Shown in pieces: positions 9,163-18,187 of a stretch of 64,000 nucleotides of DNA (its first letter is position 1; each line of letters opens with the position of its first letter). The notes under the pieces were generated by a model, which saw only the letters and a list, made by a program, of their open reading frames with translations, was not told where the DNA came from and ran no database searches. Made by a program: the position numbers and the translations under genes. The DNA comes from a virus. The stretch lies in IMG/VR virus record IMGVR_UViG_3300027513_000010; one strand, 5' to 3'.

Positions 9163-10209
9163 TCAAAAACCTGCCTCGGTCAGTCGGTGGTCTAGTTCTC
9201 GGATTGCCGCCCACAGCACGGCACTCACTTCGTTGCCCTTGATTCCAAAATTGCCCGGCTTGCCTTCGACGGCAGTGGGGAAGACCGCGAATACCTCGGC
9301 GGCGTTCAATCCGATGTGGTCAAGGCCAGGCGCATCGGGGTCTTCCTTCCATTTGAAATTAATCGGAGTGACCTTCCGAACCCGATCCATCACATCGAGC
9401 AGTGGCCCCTTGATTTCCTTGAGGCTCGGGTCAGAGATGTTGACGAAGTTGTTGGCAACCACGTTCGTCCAGTAGTAGTCGTTGCCGCCGATGCCAAGCT
9501 GATTGGAGTTGGCCGGGAGGAAAGACGCACCCGCTTCCGAGAATCGGACATGGCGACTCCCGAACTTGATCTGCAAGTTGCCACCGATGTCTTGGAAGAT
9601 TCCGAACGAGGCACTGCCAAGCTGAATGCCGGGATTGGCAAGGTCTCCGAAGACGAATCGTACCGGCCCGGTCACGCTCTGCACGGCGGTCACGTTTCGC
9701 ATGACTGCGTTGGCCTTGAGCGCTACGTCCTCACGAAGCTCGTTGAGATTCCGAATCGTCGGAGCCTGCGTGTCGTTCTTGAGCGTGGTGCTATTTGAAA
9801 GAGTGAGGATGCCCTTGGTGTCGAGGTCAGCCGATGGGAACGCCGTGACCGGAATGACTCCGCTCGACCCACCGGACTGAATGTCCTTGGCGTGAACCTT
9901 GTCGATGGCGTTGGCCGGTATCGAGTCGTTGACCCAAAGCATGTTGTCCGAGCGCCATTGACTCGGAAGCGCTGGCACGAGGTCTCGCCATCCGTCGCCG
10001 GTTCCGCTGCCGTCCCAAAAGGTGAACTTGTTCAGGCCTTCCAGATAGGCAATCGCTCCCTTGGCCGGAGCGGGAATCGCCGCATTGCGGTTGCCCGCAT
10101 TTGGAAAACGGGGAATGGGGCCGGACGCGACCAACTGCCGGATAGCAGCGGGCACATCGGCTGGATCGGCGTAGTCAGGGGTTTGTAACCCGAGATAGCT
10201 CGTACTCAT
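9163..10209 (-). CDS. Fibre protein with C-terminal peptidase S74 intramolecular chaperone
   Basis: ISDPSLKEIK...KVTPINFKWK...HIGLNAAEV...WAAIRELDHRL. Confidence 0.8.
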   Translation of the reverse strand: MSTSYLGLQTPDYADPADVPAAIRQLVASGPIPRFPNAGNRNAAIPAPAKGAIAYLEGLNKFTFWDGSGTGDGWRDLVPALPSQWRSDNMLWVNDSIPANAIDKVHAKDIQSGGSSGVIPVTAFPSADLDTKGILTLSNSTTLKNDTQAPTIRNLNELREDVALKANAVMRNVTAVQSVTGPVRFVFGDLANPGIQLGSASFGIFQDIGGNLQIKFGSRHVRFSEAGASFLPANSNQLGIGGNDYYWTNVVANNFVNISDPSLKEIKGPLLDVMDRVRKVTPINFKWKEDPDAPGLDHIGLNAAEVFAVFPTAVEGKPGNFGIKGNEVSAVLWAAIRELDHRLTEAGF

Positions 10210-10231
10210 GGCCTAACCCTATCGGGGAAAG

Positions 10232-10259
10232 AGGGAGCGCCCCTGCCGGAGCGCTCCCT
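10232..10259 (-). terminator. Terminator after major tail gene
   Basis: AGGGAGCGC/GCGCTCCCT inverted repeat followed by CTTT. Confidence 0.65.
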
Positions 10260-10267
10260 TCCTCCCA

Positions 10268-11311
10268 CTACTTGATGATGTCGCTCGCGCCTTCGGCAAC
10301 CCACGCACCGGCTGTCCGGCGGTAGGCCTTGTACGAAGACGTGCCGTCATTCCACCAAACAACGTCGTCGTCGGCAAAGGTTCCGGTTGGCGGTGTCGCC
10401 ACTGGATCGGATGCGACGATGGCGACGGCGTCGGGGATGGGGGTCAGAGACACACCGGAATCGACCCAATTCCTCGCTCGCACAATCCACACATCGCCGG
10501 TAGCCGAGTCCACCAGCAACTCGCCATTCGGCTCTGATCCGGCTGGCCCTGCGGTCGGGGCATCCCCGACACTCGCTGCCGCTGCCTCGGTGATGGCGCA
10601 CTCGCCAACGGTGAACTCCGGCTCCGTGGGGAATCCGTTTCCACCACCGGCCTCGCCTTCCTTCCACCCGAACGGAGGCAGTGTCGTTGACCGAACGTAA
10701 GAGAACGGATTCACGAGCGCTTCCTTGTAGGTGACGAAGTCATCACCCGCGTTGTTCGGGTTGAGTCCGTTGGTGACGAGCGCCGGGTTACCGAGCGCTT
10801 GGCCGCTGAACTCATTGGCGAGAGCCGAGTTACCGAACTCCCTGTCGCCGTCGTACCGCACCTTGACGTAGGGGAAAGCCCAATGCCAGAACGGTTGCCC
10901 GGCTGCGGGCTTGCCGCCCACGTTGGCCGTTGACCAAATCTCGACTGCGACCGGGTTCCCGGCAATCGATCCAACCTCGGGGGAGGTATAACCGACGACC
11001 AGGCCTTCGGCATCACAGATCACTTGCCCACCAGCGAGCAGTGCCGCCGCCTCGGGATCGGGCGAGCACAGCGAGAGATTGAAATTCAATCGCTTGAGAG
11101 TGTCGTCCGCTTTCCACGAGATACACACGCCACCGTCCGCACGCTTCTCGGTTATCTCATCGCCCTCTTCGTACTCGGGGCTGAATGAGGCCGTGATGAA
11201 ACCGCGGGTGGTCAACACCGGAAAACGCGGATCGATAGACCCGTCCAATTGCAGACGGGTTATACGAATCGCGTTGCCCTGTACCGACGACGCTCCGTCC
11301 CTATATGCCAT
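10268..11311 (-). CDS. Major tail protein with C-terminal extension
   Basis: IRITRLQLDG...SPEYEEGDEITEKRADGGVC...LKRLNFNLSLCSPDPE. Confidence 0.85.
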   Translation of the reverse strand: MAYRDGASSVQGNAIRITRLQLDGSIDPRFPVLTTRGFITASFSPEYEEGDEITEKRADGGVCISWKADDTLKRLNFNLSLCSPDPEAAALLAGGQVICDAEGLVVGYTSPEVGSIAGNPVAVEIWSTANVGGKPAAGQPFWHWAFPYVKVRYDGDREFGNSALANEFSGQALGNPALVTNGLNPNNAGDDFVTYKEALVNPFSYVRSTTLPPFGWKEGEAGGGNGFPTEPEFTVGECAITEAAAASVGDAPTAGPAGSEPNGELLVDSATGDVWIVRARNWVDSGVSLTPIPDAVAIVASDPVATPPTGTFADDDVVWWNDGTSSYKAYRRTAGAWVAEGASDIIK

Positions 11312-11340
11312 TTGAAATCTCCTTCACTATGGCTTGGGGG

Positions 11341-11360
11341 GAGCGGGCCGAAGCCCGCTC
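11341..11360 (-). terminator. UUCG hairpin between capsid and major tail genes
   Basis: GAGCGGGC-TTCG-GCCCGCTC; no U-tract. Confidence 0.55.
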
Positions 11361-11374
11361 CCGAACGTCGTCTA

Positions 11375-13327
11375 TCAGGTAACCGCGACCGCTGCGCCCA
11401 CGCCACCCTTGGTCTTGACGGCCAGGGTGCCGGTGTAGCTCCACGTCCCATCACCGGGTGCGGACTCTGGCCCGATGTAGGCCACTTCCTCAAAGGTCTC
11501 GGTGAAGGTGCAGTACCGGTTGGTCTGAATGTCTTCCTTCGTCCTCACCACGCCGAGGTCGAGCGATCCACCGTCGAGCCGGAGGAACGATCCCGTCGCG
11601 TACATGATGAATGTGAAGGTCGAGGGGTATTGCTGCTTGGAAGTCCAAGCAGGGCTGAGGTTGTCGAGCGACCAGGCGACATCGACATTGAACTCACCGA
11701 AGTACCCATCCACGTCGGCCCAACTTGTCTCCAAGGCAAGGTCTCCCGGTGCCTGGAAGTTCAAGTCGGCGGCGATGGCATCCCGAACCCATGCGGGCAG
11801 AACGACCGAGACCGGAGACTCGGGGCTGATCCGGTTGAGCCAACGGAACTCGGCGGCGGCGACTCGGATGGCCCGAATCGTGTCCCGAGCCGTGCCGAGC
11901 ACGGTTGTCCCGGCAGCGCCCACCGAAGTCGATGCGGCAATCATCATCGAGAGAACGTATTCCTCGGCGAGTCGAGCCTGCATGACCAGGGCGTAGTCCG
12001 TGTTCGACCGAATCCACTCGGGGTAGGCCCGAGCATGGAGGTTGGAGAAACACAGGCAGAGCGACAGCGCGTGTAGCTCGGCTGTTCCCGGCTCCCCACA
12101 ATCCACGTCGAGACACGGCTTGAGAGTCGGGTCGGTCAGTGCAGTGAGGGTGCCGTTCACCATCGTCCAGTTGGTGCCATCGGCCTTGTAGATGCCAACC
12201 CCGCCAGGCTCACCGGCGGTGGGAACCCTCAGCACCGGGGGGCGGGTGAACACAATCCCGCCACGGTCGGCGTTGAAGGTTGGGATCGAACTACCAACGG
12301 GCCGGTCGGTCGAACCGATACCGGGAATGTCGTAGATCGGCACCGGGGGTGCACACCAACCGGCGGCGGTCAGTGCTTCCCTGGTGAGGTTGTGGGGGTC
12401 TGAAAGCAGATCGCGAATCTTGCGCTGGTTCCCGATGGGATCACTGGCTGAGAGCGTCTGCGCTTCACTTGCGTCACCACGGTTGCGTATCGACGCGACC
12501 AAGATGTGCTCCCCGTCACCCGCGATGCCACGGATCGAATTCACCTTGGCGGCGAACGCCTCGGCGACTTGATCCATGTTCGCGAGTTCTGACCCTGCGG
12601 TGTAACCGGGAAGGTCACCACCGGCGAGGATGGTCATGGGCCGCTCGGCTGCGGACGTGACCGGAGTGTTCTCATCCGGCACTTCCGAAGCCGTCACTTC
12701 GATTTCCACTTGGGTATCTCCTGACTCTTCGGATTCCGATTCCGCGGGCGGTGCCTCTTCGGTCTCGGCCTCGGACTCGCCGCTGTCTGGCTCAGACGCG
12801 GGCTGCTCTTCTGGCTGTCCCGGTTCTGGCTGTGGCTGTGGCTCTTCCGGTGCCGGTTCCGGCGCAGGTGCCGGTTCGGGTTCGGGTTGTGGCTCGGGAG
12901 CGGGCGCGGGTTGCGGCTCGGGCTGCGGCTCGCCGGGCTGAGGCTCGGCGGGCTGCGGCTCGGGCTGCGGCGCTGGCGGCTGCTCTGAGCCGGTTGGGGG
13001 GTTTACCTGAGCTTCCGGTGTCTCTGCTCCGAACCCGGTGGCGGCAACGGCTTCCGTGGCGGCGGGAGTCTGTGCTCCTGCGTCCTCGGTGGGGGCCGCA
13101 CTTGCAGCGACCTCCGCGGGTGCCTCGGCGGGCGGGGCAGCGGTCTCGGTGCGCCGGGACTTCTCAGCCCGAACTTCATCAAGACCATCAGCGAGAGCTT
13201 GCATGAGGTCTACGTCACCGGACTGATCGGCTGCGTCGAACGCAGCGATCATCTCGGTTTCGAGACCGTCAAGCTCTTCATCGGAAAGGTCAGGCAGCGT
13301 CTGTAGACGCTCCGTGAAAGGCTCCAT
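11375..13327 (-). CDS. Major capsid (hexamer) protein with N-terminal acidic/Pro-rich scaffold-like region
   Basis: ALTAAGWCAPPVPIYD...PTFNADRGGIVF; EPQP repeats at about 12780-12990; C-terminal LDLGVVRTKEDIQTNRYCTFTETFE. Confidence 0.85.
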   Translation of the reverse strand: MEPFTERLQTLPDLSDEELDGLETEMIAAFDAADQSGDVDLMQALADGLDEVRAEKSRRTETAAPPAEAPAEVAASAAPTEDAGAQTPAATEAVAATGFGAETPEAQVNPPTGSEQPPAPQPEPQPAEPQPGEPQPEPQPAPAPEPQPEPEPAPAPEPAPEEPQPQPEPGQPEEQPASEPDSGESEAETEEAPPAESESEESGDTQVEIEVTASEVPDENTPVTSAAERPMTILAGGDLPGYTAGSELANMDQVAEAFAAKVNSIRGIAGDGEHILVASIRNRGDASEAQTLSASDPIGNQRKIRDLLSDPHNLTREALTAAGWCAPPVPIYDIPGIGSTDRPVGSSIPTFNADRGGIVFTRPPVLRVPTAGEPGGVGIYKADGTNWTMVNGTLTALTDPTLKPCLDVDCGEPGTAELHALSLCLCFSNLHARAYPEWIRSNTDYALVMQARLAEEYVLSMMIAASTSVGAAGTTVLGTARDTIRAIRVAAAEFRWLNRISPESPVSVVLPAWVRDAIAADLNFQAPGDLALETSWADVDGYFGEFNVDVAWSLDNLSPAWTSKQQYPSTFTFIMYATGSFLRLDGGSLDLGVVRTKEDIQTNRYCTFTETFEEVAYIGPESAPGDGTWSYTGTLAVKTKGGVGAAVAVT

Positions 13328-13333
13328 GCGGAA

Positions 13334-13389
13334 ACCTCTTTCCTTCCTAGCGGTACTTCCGACGCGGTCTAGGTCACAAGAAAAGAGGT
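13334..13389 (-). promoter_or_regulatory. Leader hairpin occluding the capsid RBS
   Basis: ACCTCTTTTCTT pairs with AAGGAAAGAGGT (contains the RBS); inner CCTAG/CTAGG stem. Confidence 0.6.
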
Positions 13390-13481
13390 ACGTCGCACTA
13401 AGCGCTCAGTCGCTCTACCCGAGACCATACAAGATCGCGAAGATCGAAAGCAAGTAGCCTGCATCTTGGGAAGCGTGATTT

Positions 13482-13739
13482 TTGAAAGGGAGAACAACCG
13501 GCGAGCTTTTGGTTCTACTCATCGGTGGCACCATCTGTGTCTCGGTGCTGGTTTCTCTCATCGTCATTGCGATTATTGAAATCAGCGATCCCACCACCGA
13601 CACGACTCAAGGCATCGCTCTTGTCTCCGACACCATCAACACTCTGATCGGATTGCTGGCTGGATTTATTGCCGGGCGCACCGATGCCCGACGCACCGAT
13701 TTGGAAGGGCTGGTGGAAAGGAAAGTGGAAGACGCATGA
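13482..13739 (+). CDS. Putative holin (two TM helices)
   Basis: 85 aa, two hydrophobic segments, charged C-terminus, upstream of the endolysin. Confidence 0.6.
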   Translation: MKGRTTGELLVLLIGGTICVSVLVSLIVIAIIEISDPTTDTTQGIALVSDTINTLIGLLAGFIAGRTDARRTDLEGLVERKVEDA

Positions 13740-14284
13740 TCGACCGAATCACTTCCAACCCGCTTCTCGGTTTTGGAATCGCCGGGTTGCTTCTGCTCAT
13801 AGCTTTTGCGCTGGCCTTGGCCTCACCCAACGCGAGCCAGGCCTCGACTGCCGTGATAGGCCCACCGGGGCCACCCGGCCCACCGGGGCCAGCGGGTGAG
13901 CAAGGCGAGCCAGGGGAGCAAGGCCCGCAAGGGCTACGGGGGTTACAGGGATTGCAGGGGCTACAAGGTGAGCGTGGGTTGCCAGGGGCAACCGGACAGC
14001 CAGGCCAGGACGGAGCAGATGGAGCACGAGGGGCTACAGGCGCTACCGGCGACACCGGCCCTCGGGGAGCAGCCGGAGCAGATGGTGAGCCGGGAGCACA
14101 AGGGGCAGCGGGGCCGCAGGGCGCGCCGGGAACGCAAGGCGTACCAGGGCCGCAAGGGGCGCAGGGGGAGCAAGGAATTCCTGGCCCGGCCTGCCCGCCT
14201 GGATTCCAAATCGCGCAAGTCGAGCTTCATCAACGGGAGCCGGTAGATACTGATGTGGCGGTGGCAATCTGTGTCGCCAATTAG
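13736..14284 (+). CDS. Membrane-anchored collagen-like protein
   Basis: N-terminal TM helix followed by about 35 G-X-Y triplets. Confidence 0.8.
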   Translation: MIDRITSNPLLGFGIAGLLLLIAFALALASPNASQASTAVIGPPGPPGPPGPAGEQGEPGEQGPQGLRGLQGLQGLQGERGLPGATGQPGQDGADGARGATGATGDTGPRGAAGADGEPGAQGAAGPQGAPGTQGVPGPQGAQGEQGIPGPACPPGFQIAQVELHQREPVDTDVAVAICVAN

Positions 14285-14285
14285 C

Positions 14286-14317
14286 GAGACCAAGAACTCC
14301 GAAGAGTTCTTGGTCTC
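14286..14317. terminator. Perfect 14-bp hairpin (CGAA/TTCG loop)
   Basis: GAGACCAAGAACTC-CGAA-GAGTTCTTGGTCTC. Confidence 0.6.
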
Positions 14318-14366
14318 TGAGGAATCTTACCCCACACCCCGTCTTTCAAAACTGTAGGGTTGGGCT

Positions 14367-15056
14367 ATGGCCTCATCATCTCAGGTTCGGTCATGGTGGG
14401 CGAAGTACGAATGCTCCCCCGACCGCTACGTGAAGGTCGGCTTCCCCGGCGACGGAGTGGTGTGGAATCTCTCGGTCGCTTCCGAGTCGGCTCCGATTTG
14501 GAAAGCGGTCGCACAGATCATGGCCTCCGAGCCGTACTACTTCCGTGAGTCCTCGGGTGGCATTTACAACTGTCGGCCTCCGTCGCTACACGCTTACGCT
14601 CTGGCTCTCGACCTCAACCCATCGAAGAATCCCTACGACTGCCCGCTGAGACACAACTACCCGTCCAGCTTCATCAAGAGGATGGAGGGGATTCGGGCGA
14701 ACGGGAAGCAGGCGATTCAGTGGGGCGGGAGATGGCCGTGCAGCAACCCACCGGATGCCATGCACTGGCAAATCAACGTCGCACCGTCAGATGTGCGATC
14801 CATCACTTGGGATACGGGAGGCACCGTGGCAACTTGGAAATCGAAAGACGGCTACACCTACCCGACCGACGACTGGCCTCCCCATGACGACGGCATCAAG
14901 TTCGTTATCAATGGCGGCATCATGCTTGGCGGGCGGGACGAGAAGAAGAAAACCGGCGAGTTCAGGGCGCAAGACCCCATCGAGCGAGGCGAGTTCGCCA
15001 CGGTGATGTACCGCTTCTCCAAGGACGTTGGCCTTGCCGATGAGGTAACCGACTGA
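14367..15056 (+). CDS. Endolysin: M15-family Zn peptidase plus C-terminal SLH-like domain
   Basis: YNCRPPSLHAYALALDLN, WGGRW, DAMHWQ; C-terminal FRAQDPIERGEFATVMYRF. Confidence 0.85.
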   Translation: MASSSQVRSWWAKYECSPDRYVKVGFPGDGVVWNLSVASESAPIWKAVAQIMASEPYYFRESSGGIYNCRPPSLHAYALALDLNPSKNPYDCPLRHNYPSSFIKRMEGIRANGKQAIQWGGRWPCSNPPDAMHWQINVAPSDVRSITWDTGGTVATWKSKDGYTYPTDDWPPHDDGIKFVINGGIMLGGRDEKKKTGEFRAQDPIERGEFATVMYRFSKDVGLADEVTD

Positions 15057-15187
15057 TGGAGATGCCACCACCGAGCGACGAGGACACCCGGCCACCACCA
15101 CAGCCCGAGCTACCCAATGCACCGGGGCCGGAACCGGTACCCGCCGAACACCCCGCCGAGCCAGAGGACTTTGACGAAGAGGAATGA
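15056..15187 (+). CDS. Small Pro/Glu-rich peptide (43 aa)
   Basis: TGATG overlap with the endolysin stop; MEMPPPSDEDTRPPPQPE... Confidence 0.45.
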   Translation: MEMPPPSDEDTRPPPQPELPNAPGPEPVPAEHPAEPEDFDEEE

Positions 15188-15209
15188 TCTTCCTTGACAG
15201 AGGAACCGA

Positions 15210-15241
15210 AAAGAGGGAACGCCCGAAAGCGTTCCCTCTTT
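15210..15241. terminator. Bidirectional terminator
   Basis: AAAGAGGGAACGC/GCGTTCCCTCTTT between convergent units. Confidence 0.8.
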
Positions 15242-15330
15242 CCGTTACTTGATTCGTCGGTGCCAGCGCCGGAGTCGCCGGTCTCGATCCCAAGCGAACA
15301 GCTTGGCGAGCCATTGCCCGAGTCGTTCTC

Positions 15331-15711
15331 TCACTCGGCCTCGGCCTCGGCTCTCTCGGCTGCGGCCATCGCCTCATCGATGAGGGCTTCCCACTTCATC
15401 CCCTCGATGTGGTCGTCTTTCAAAATCCGAGCGGCGGCTTTGAGAGCATCGAGCGGTGACTCGTAGAGACCGGCGTGCTCTTTGTCCCACGGATCGATCC
15501 ACGTTCCACCCATTTCAAAAATGTGGTACTTGCCAGTCTCGGAGTCGTGGCCGACGAAGAGGGCACCACCGGCATAGGTGGTCTCAACCGAGACCCACTG
15601 GAACTCGCCGTACTCAGCCCACCGCTCCGGTTCAATACTGACTCGGATTCGGCTGGTGTTGATGTCAACCCACCAATTGATTCCGAAGTGCTTGTGGGTT
15701 TCCATGCTCAT
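15331..15711 (-). CDS. Hypothetical protein
   Basis: Start at ATG 15711 (ATGA overlap). Confidence 0.65.
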   Translation of the reverse strand: MSMETHKHFGINWWVDINTSRIRVSIEPERWAEYGEFQWVSVETTYAGGALFVGHDSETGKYHIFEMGGTWIDPWDKEHAGLYESPLDALKAAARILKDDHIEGMKWEALIDEAMAAAERAEAEAE

Positions 15712-16097
15712 ATTCCGTGCGCCTCGTGGAACTCGTCCTCGGTGAGCGAGTTGCTGTAGGGCTGGTGCCAACCTCGGGACAAGTTCTGGCGTGCCAAGAC
15801 CTCACGGAATCTCCGGTACCGCTTGAGTCCGGTCTCGTTGACCTTGCCGCTGACTCCGGTTGCCCGAAGGTCGGCATGGAAAACGATGGTGGGACATGAG
15901 TGGCTGGTGAAGTCGTTGGTCTTCATCGAGCCGGTGTAGTAGCTGAGGCGACTGCCCTTGGCCTTGACCCACTTCGGGAAGAGGGCGAGCACACGGTCAC
16001 GCTCTTCCTCGGTCTCGTAGTTGACGCTGGCATCAACCCAATGCTCGTTGCCGGTGATTCGGAAGTGCCCGTACTGCGGGTCGTAATCCTGGCTCAC
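15708..16097 (-). CDS. Hypothetical protein
   Basis: GTGA overlap with the upstream gene. Confidence 0.65.
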   Translation of the reverse strand: MSQDYDPQYGHFRITGNEHWVDASVNYETEEERDRVLALFPKWVKAKGSRLSYYTGSMKTNDFTSHSCPTIVFHADLRATGVSGKVNETGLKRYRRFREVLARQNLSRGWHQPYSNSLTEDEFHEAHGI

Positions 16098-16306
16098 GCT
16101 GCGTACCTCACGCACAGGAAGCAGAAGGCGAACTGATCGTCAATGCTCCCGTCACCAAGCCGGACAACGGACATCGAGTGGGGCTTGCCCCGGCGAGTCT
16201 TGCCACAACTCTCGCAGTAGAAGGCGACGGTGGTATGCCGTCCGCGGTGGTCGGTGTCCAAGACACAAGTTCCCGTCCGCATCGGCTGGTCGCACGTTGT
16301 GCTCAT
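16094..16306 (-). CDS. Small Zn-finger-like protein
   Basis: CESC...CFLC; ATGA overlap. Confidence 0.6.
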   Translation of the reverse strand: MSTTCDQPMRTGTCVLDTDHRGRHTTVAFYCESCGKTRRGKPHSMSVVRLGDGSIDDQFAFCFLCVRYAA

Positions 16307-16593
16307 TCGGTTGTCCGAACGGCTTGAGCGACCACGACTTCGGCAATCAAGATGGTCTCGACTTCCTCATCGAAGTAGAAGTTGGCCGAAGTCAGACCGG
16401 CGTTCGACCGCCGCTTCCCATCCTTCCGAAGCTCGTAACCCCGCCAAGCCCACGAGACCACGCCCGTCGTGTTGTCGGTCGTCCGAGTGGCCTGGGTGAT
16501 TTCCCGCTTCCCATCGGGAGTGGTCAGCCCTTCCATCCAGAAGGTCTTCACGGACTCATCCCATGTATTTTTGATCTTCACGTTCTCGTTCAT
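16303..16593 (-). CDS. Hypothetical protein
   Basis: 96 aa; ATGA overlap. Confidence 0.65.
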   Translation of the reverse strand: MNENVKIKNTWDESVKTFWMEGLTTPDGKREITQATRTTDNTTGVVSWAWRGYELRKDGKRRSNAGLTSANFYFDEEVETILIAEVVVAQAVRTTE

Positions 16594-16778
16594 GTCTGGC
16601 TCGCTTTCTCACAACGCTTGCACACCTTGGCCCAAGCGGGCTTTTTGTCACGGGGGTCGTAGACGGTGCGTCCGCACCATGCGATCCACGCTCGCCCCAT
16701 CGGGTGCTGTTCCTTGATGATGTGCGCCACGTCGCTGTTCCCCATCCAGGGGTAGTTGCCGGTGGCTCCGTACTTCAT
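16590..16778 (-). CDS. Small Zn-ribbon-like protein
   Basis: GGAG RBS; AHII...AWCG...VCKRC. Confidence 0.6.
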   Translation of the reverse strand: MKYGATGNYPWMGNSDVAHIIKEQHPMGRAWIAWCGRTVYDPRDKKPAWAKVCKRCEKASQT

Positions 16779-16809
16779 GTCTGGCTCCTGTCTGTCTCTT
16801 ACGCTCACA

Positions 16810-16837
16810 ATTATACATCGGTATAATTGCAATGCAA
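16810..16837 (-). promoter_or_regulatory. Promoter TTGCAT-N16-TATAAT
   Basis: Closely resembles the 42916-42943 promoter region. Confidence 0.85.
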
Positions 16838-16848
16838 GTTGAGACAGA

Positions 16849-16911
16849 TGAACCCCGCCGGGAGGGAGACTCTGAATGTGGAATTCAGGGAATGTGACCC
16901 GACGGGGTTCA
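16849..16911. terminator. Long nested hairpin downstream of the LPFTG gene
   Basis: TGAACCCCG/CGGGGTTCA stem enclosing CTCTGAAT/ATTCAGGG. Confidence 0.5.
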
Positions 16912-16920
16912 GCGAGAAGT

Positions 16921-18087
16921 CTATGACTCCTGCTTGCGGGCCGAGACCAGCAAGATCAGACCGAGCAGGAAGGTGGCTCCGGCCAGATACCCGAGCGCCA
17001 GAAGCTCGCTTCCGGTGAAGGGCAACACCCCGGCTCGGGTGGTGGTCACTCCATCCGGCGCAGTCGATCCCGGCGTGGTGGTGATGGCCGGGTTCACCGG
17101 CCCGGCGCAAATCGCTGAGGCTGGTGGGTAGGTCACGGTCACGGTCACGGAGGGGTTGATGGTGAAGGTGACTTGCACCGACTCCCTGGCCCACAAGAAC
17201 CCGTCGTCGCCCTCGACCCAAATCCCGTCCTCATTCAAAATCCAACCGGGCCAGTCCTCGGGGTCAGCGCTGGCTCCCGGCCAGAGCACTTGCCCGGTGA
17301 GCGGCTGGTTGACGTAGACCAAGTCAGCCCCGCCCGGCTCGGGGTTTTCAAAACGAATCTCTGAGAGCAGGGTGCCCTCGGGGAAGTTCAGAATCTCGTA
17401 GGCGAAGAACGGGATATTGCTCACGCACACTGCGGTCACGTTCCCGGCTTGGAGCGTGGGCGGGGTGGTGGGCGGCGCAGTGGTCGTGGTCGTAGTGGTG
17501 CCCTCGGTCGTAGATGTCGTCCCTTCCGTCGTGCTCGTCGTCGCCTCGGTGGTGGTGGTAGTGGAATCCTCGGAAGTCGTAGTTGAACCCTCGGTGGTTG
17601 TGGTGGTGGGTTCGGTGGTGGTCGTGGTCGAGTCCGTCGTCGTGGTCTCTTCCTTGGTGGTGGTGGTCTCATCCGGCTTGGTAGTCGTGGTCTCGTCCGG
17701 CTTGGTGGTGGTGGTGTCCTTGTCTGTGGTTGTGGTCTCGTCCCTGCGAGTGGTGGTGGTCTCGTGCTTGGTCGTGGTGGTGTCGTCGTGCTTGGTGGTG
17801 GTCGTGTTGCGCTTGGTGGTGGTGGTCTCTTCCTTGCCCTCGCACCGTTTCAAATCATCGTCATCTTTAATTTCAAAATCGCCGCCGTGGTTGCCCTCGG
17901 CGTGATGACCGGGAGGCCCACCTTGCTCCCATGCGTTGCGGTCTATCTCGATGGCCTGGCCGTTCTCGGGATTCCCTGGCGGGAGATGGCAAATCAGAAT
18001 CTTGTGCTCAGGGGTGTCACCAAGTACGGGGATTGATACTGCGAGGACAACCAACACCAGGGTTGCCACAGCGAGCGAGCGTTTCAT
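16921..18087 (-). CDS. Secreted Thr-rich surface protein with LPXTG-type (LPFTG) sortase anchor
   Basis: Signal peptide MKRSLAVATLVLVVLAVSIPVLG; (D/E)ETTTT(K) repeats; C-terminal VLPFTG, hydrophobic helix and RKQES. Confidence 0.85.
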   Translation of the reverse strand: MKRSLAVATLVLVVLAVSIPVLGDTPEHKILICHLPPGNPENGQAIEIDRNAWEQGGPPGHHAEGNHGGDFEIKDDDDLKRCEGKEETTTTKRNTTTTKHDDTTTTKHETTTTRRDETTTTDKDTTTTKPDETTTTKPDETTTTKEETTTTDSTTTTTEPTTTTTEGSTTTSEDSTTTTTEATTSTTEGTTSTTEGTTTTTTTAPPTTPPTLQAGNVTAVCVSNIPFFAYEILNFPEGTLLSEIRFENPEPGGADLVYVNQPLTGQVLWPGASADPEDWPGWILNEDGIWVEGDDGFLWARESVQVTFTINPSVTVTVTYPPASAICAGPVNPAITTTPGSTAPDGVTTTRAGVLPFTGSELLALGYLAGATFLLGLILLVSARKQES

Positions 18088-18137
18088 TGTCTTGTGTCTC
18101 TTTCCACGTCAGTAGGTAATTGTAACCCTATACGAAA

Positions 18138-18159
18138 AGACCCCGCCGAAGCGGGGTCT
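18138..18159 (-). terminator. Intrinsic terminator with UUCG loop
   Basis: AGACCCCGC-TTCG-GCGGGGTCT then TTT. Confidence 0.8.
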
Positions 18160-18187
18160 CTTCTGACTTGGTTCTTTGGTGGATTTC

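Noticed and set aside
11249-12076. 275-aa plus-strand ORF
   Set aside because: Antisense to the major capsid gene; no motif
17417-17905. Val-rich 162-aa ORF on +
   Set aside because: Antisense shadow of the Thr-rich stalk of the LPFTG protein
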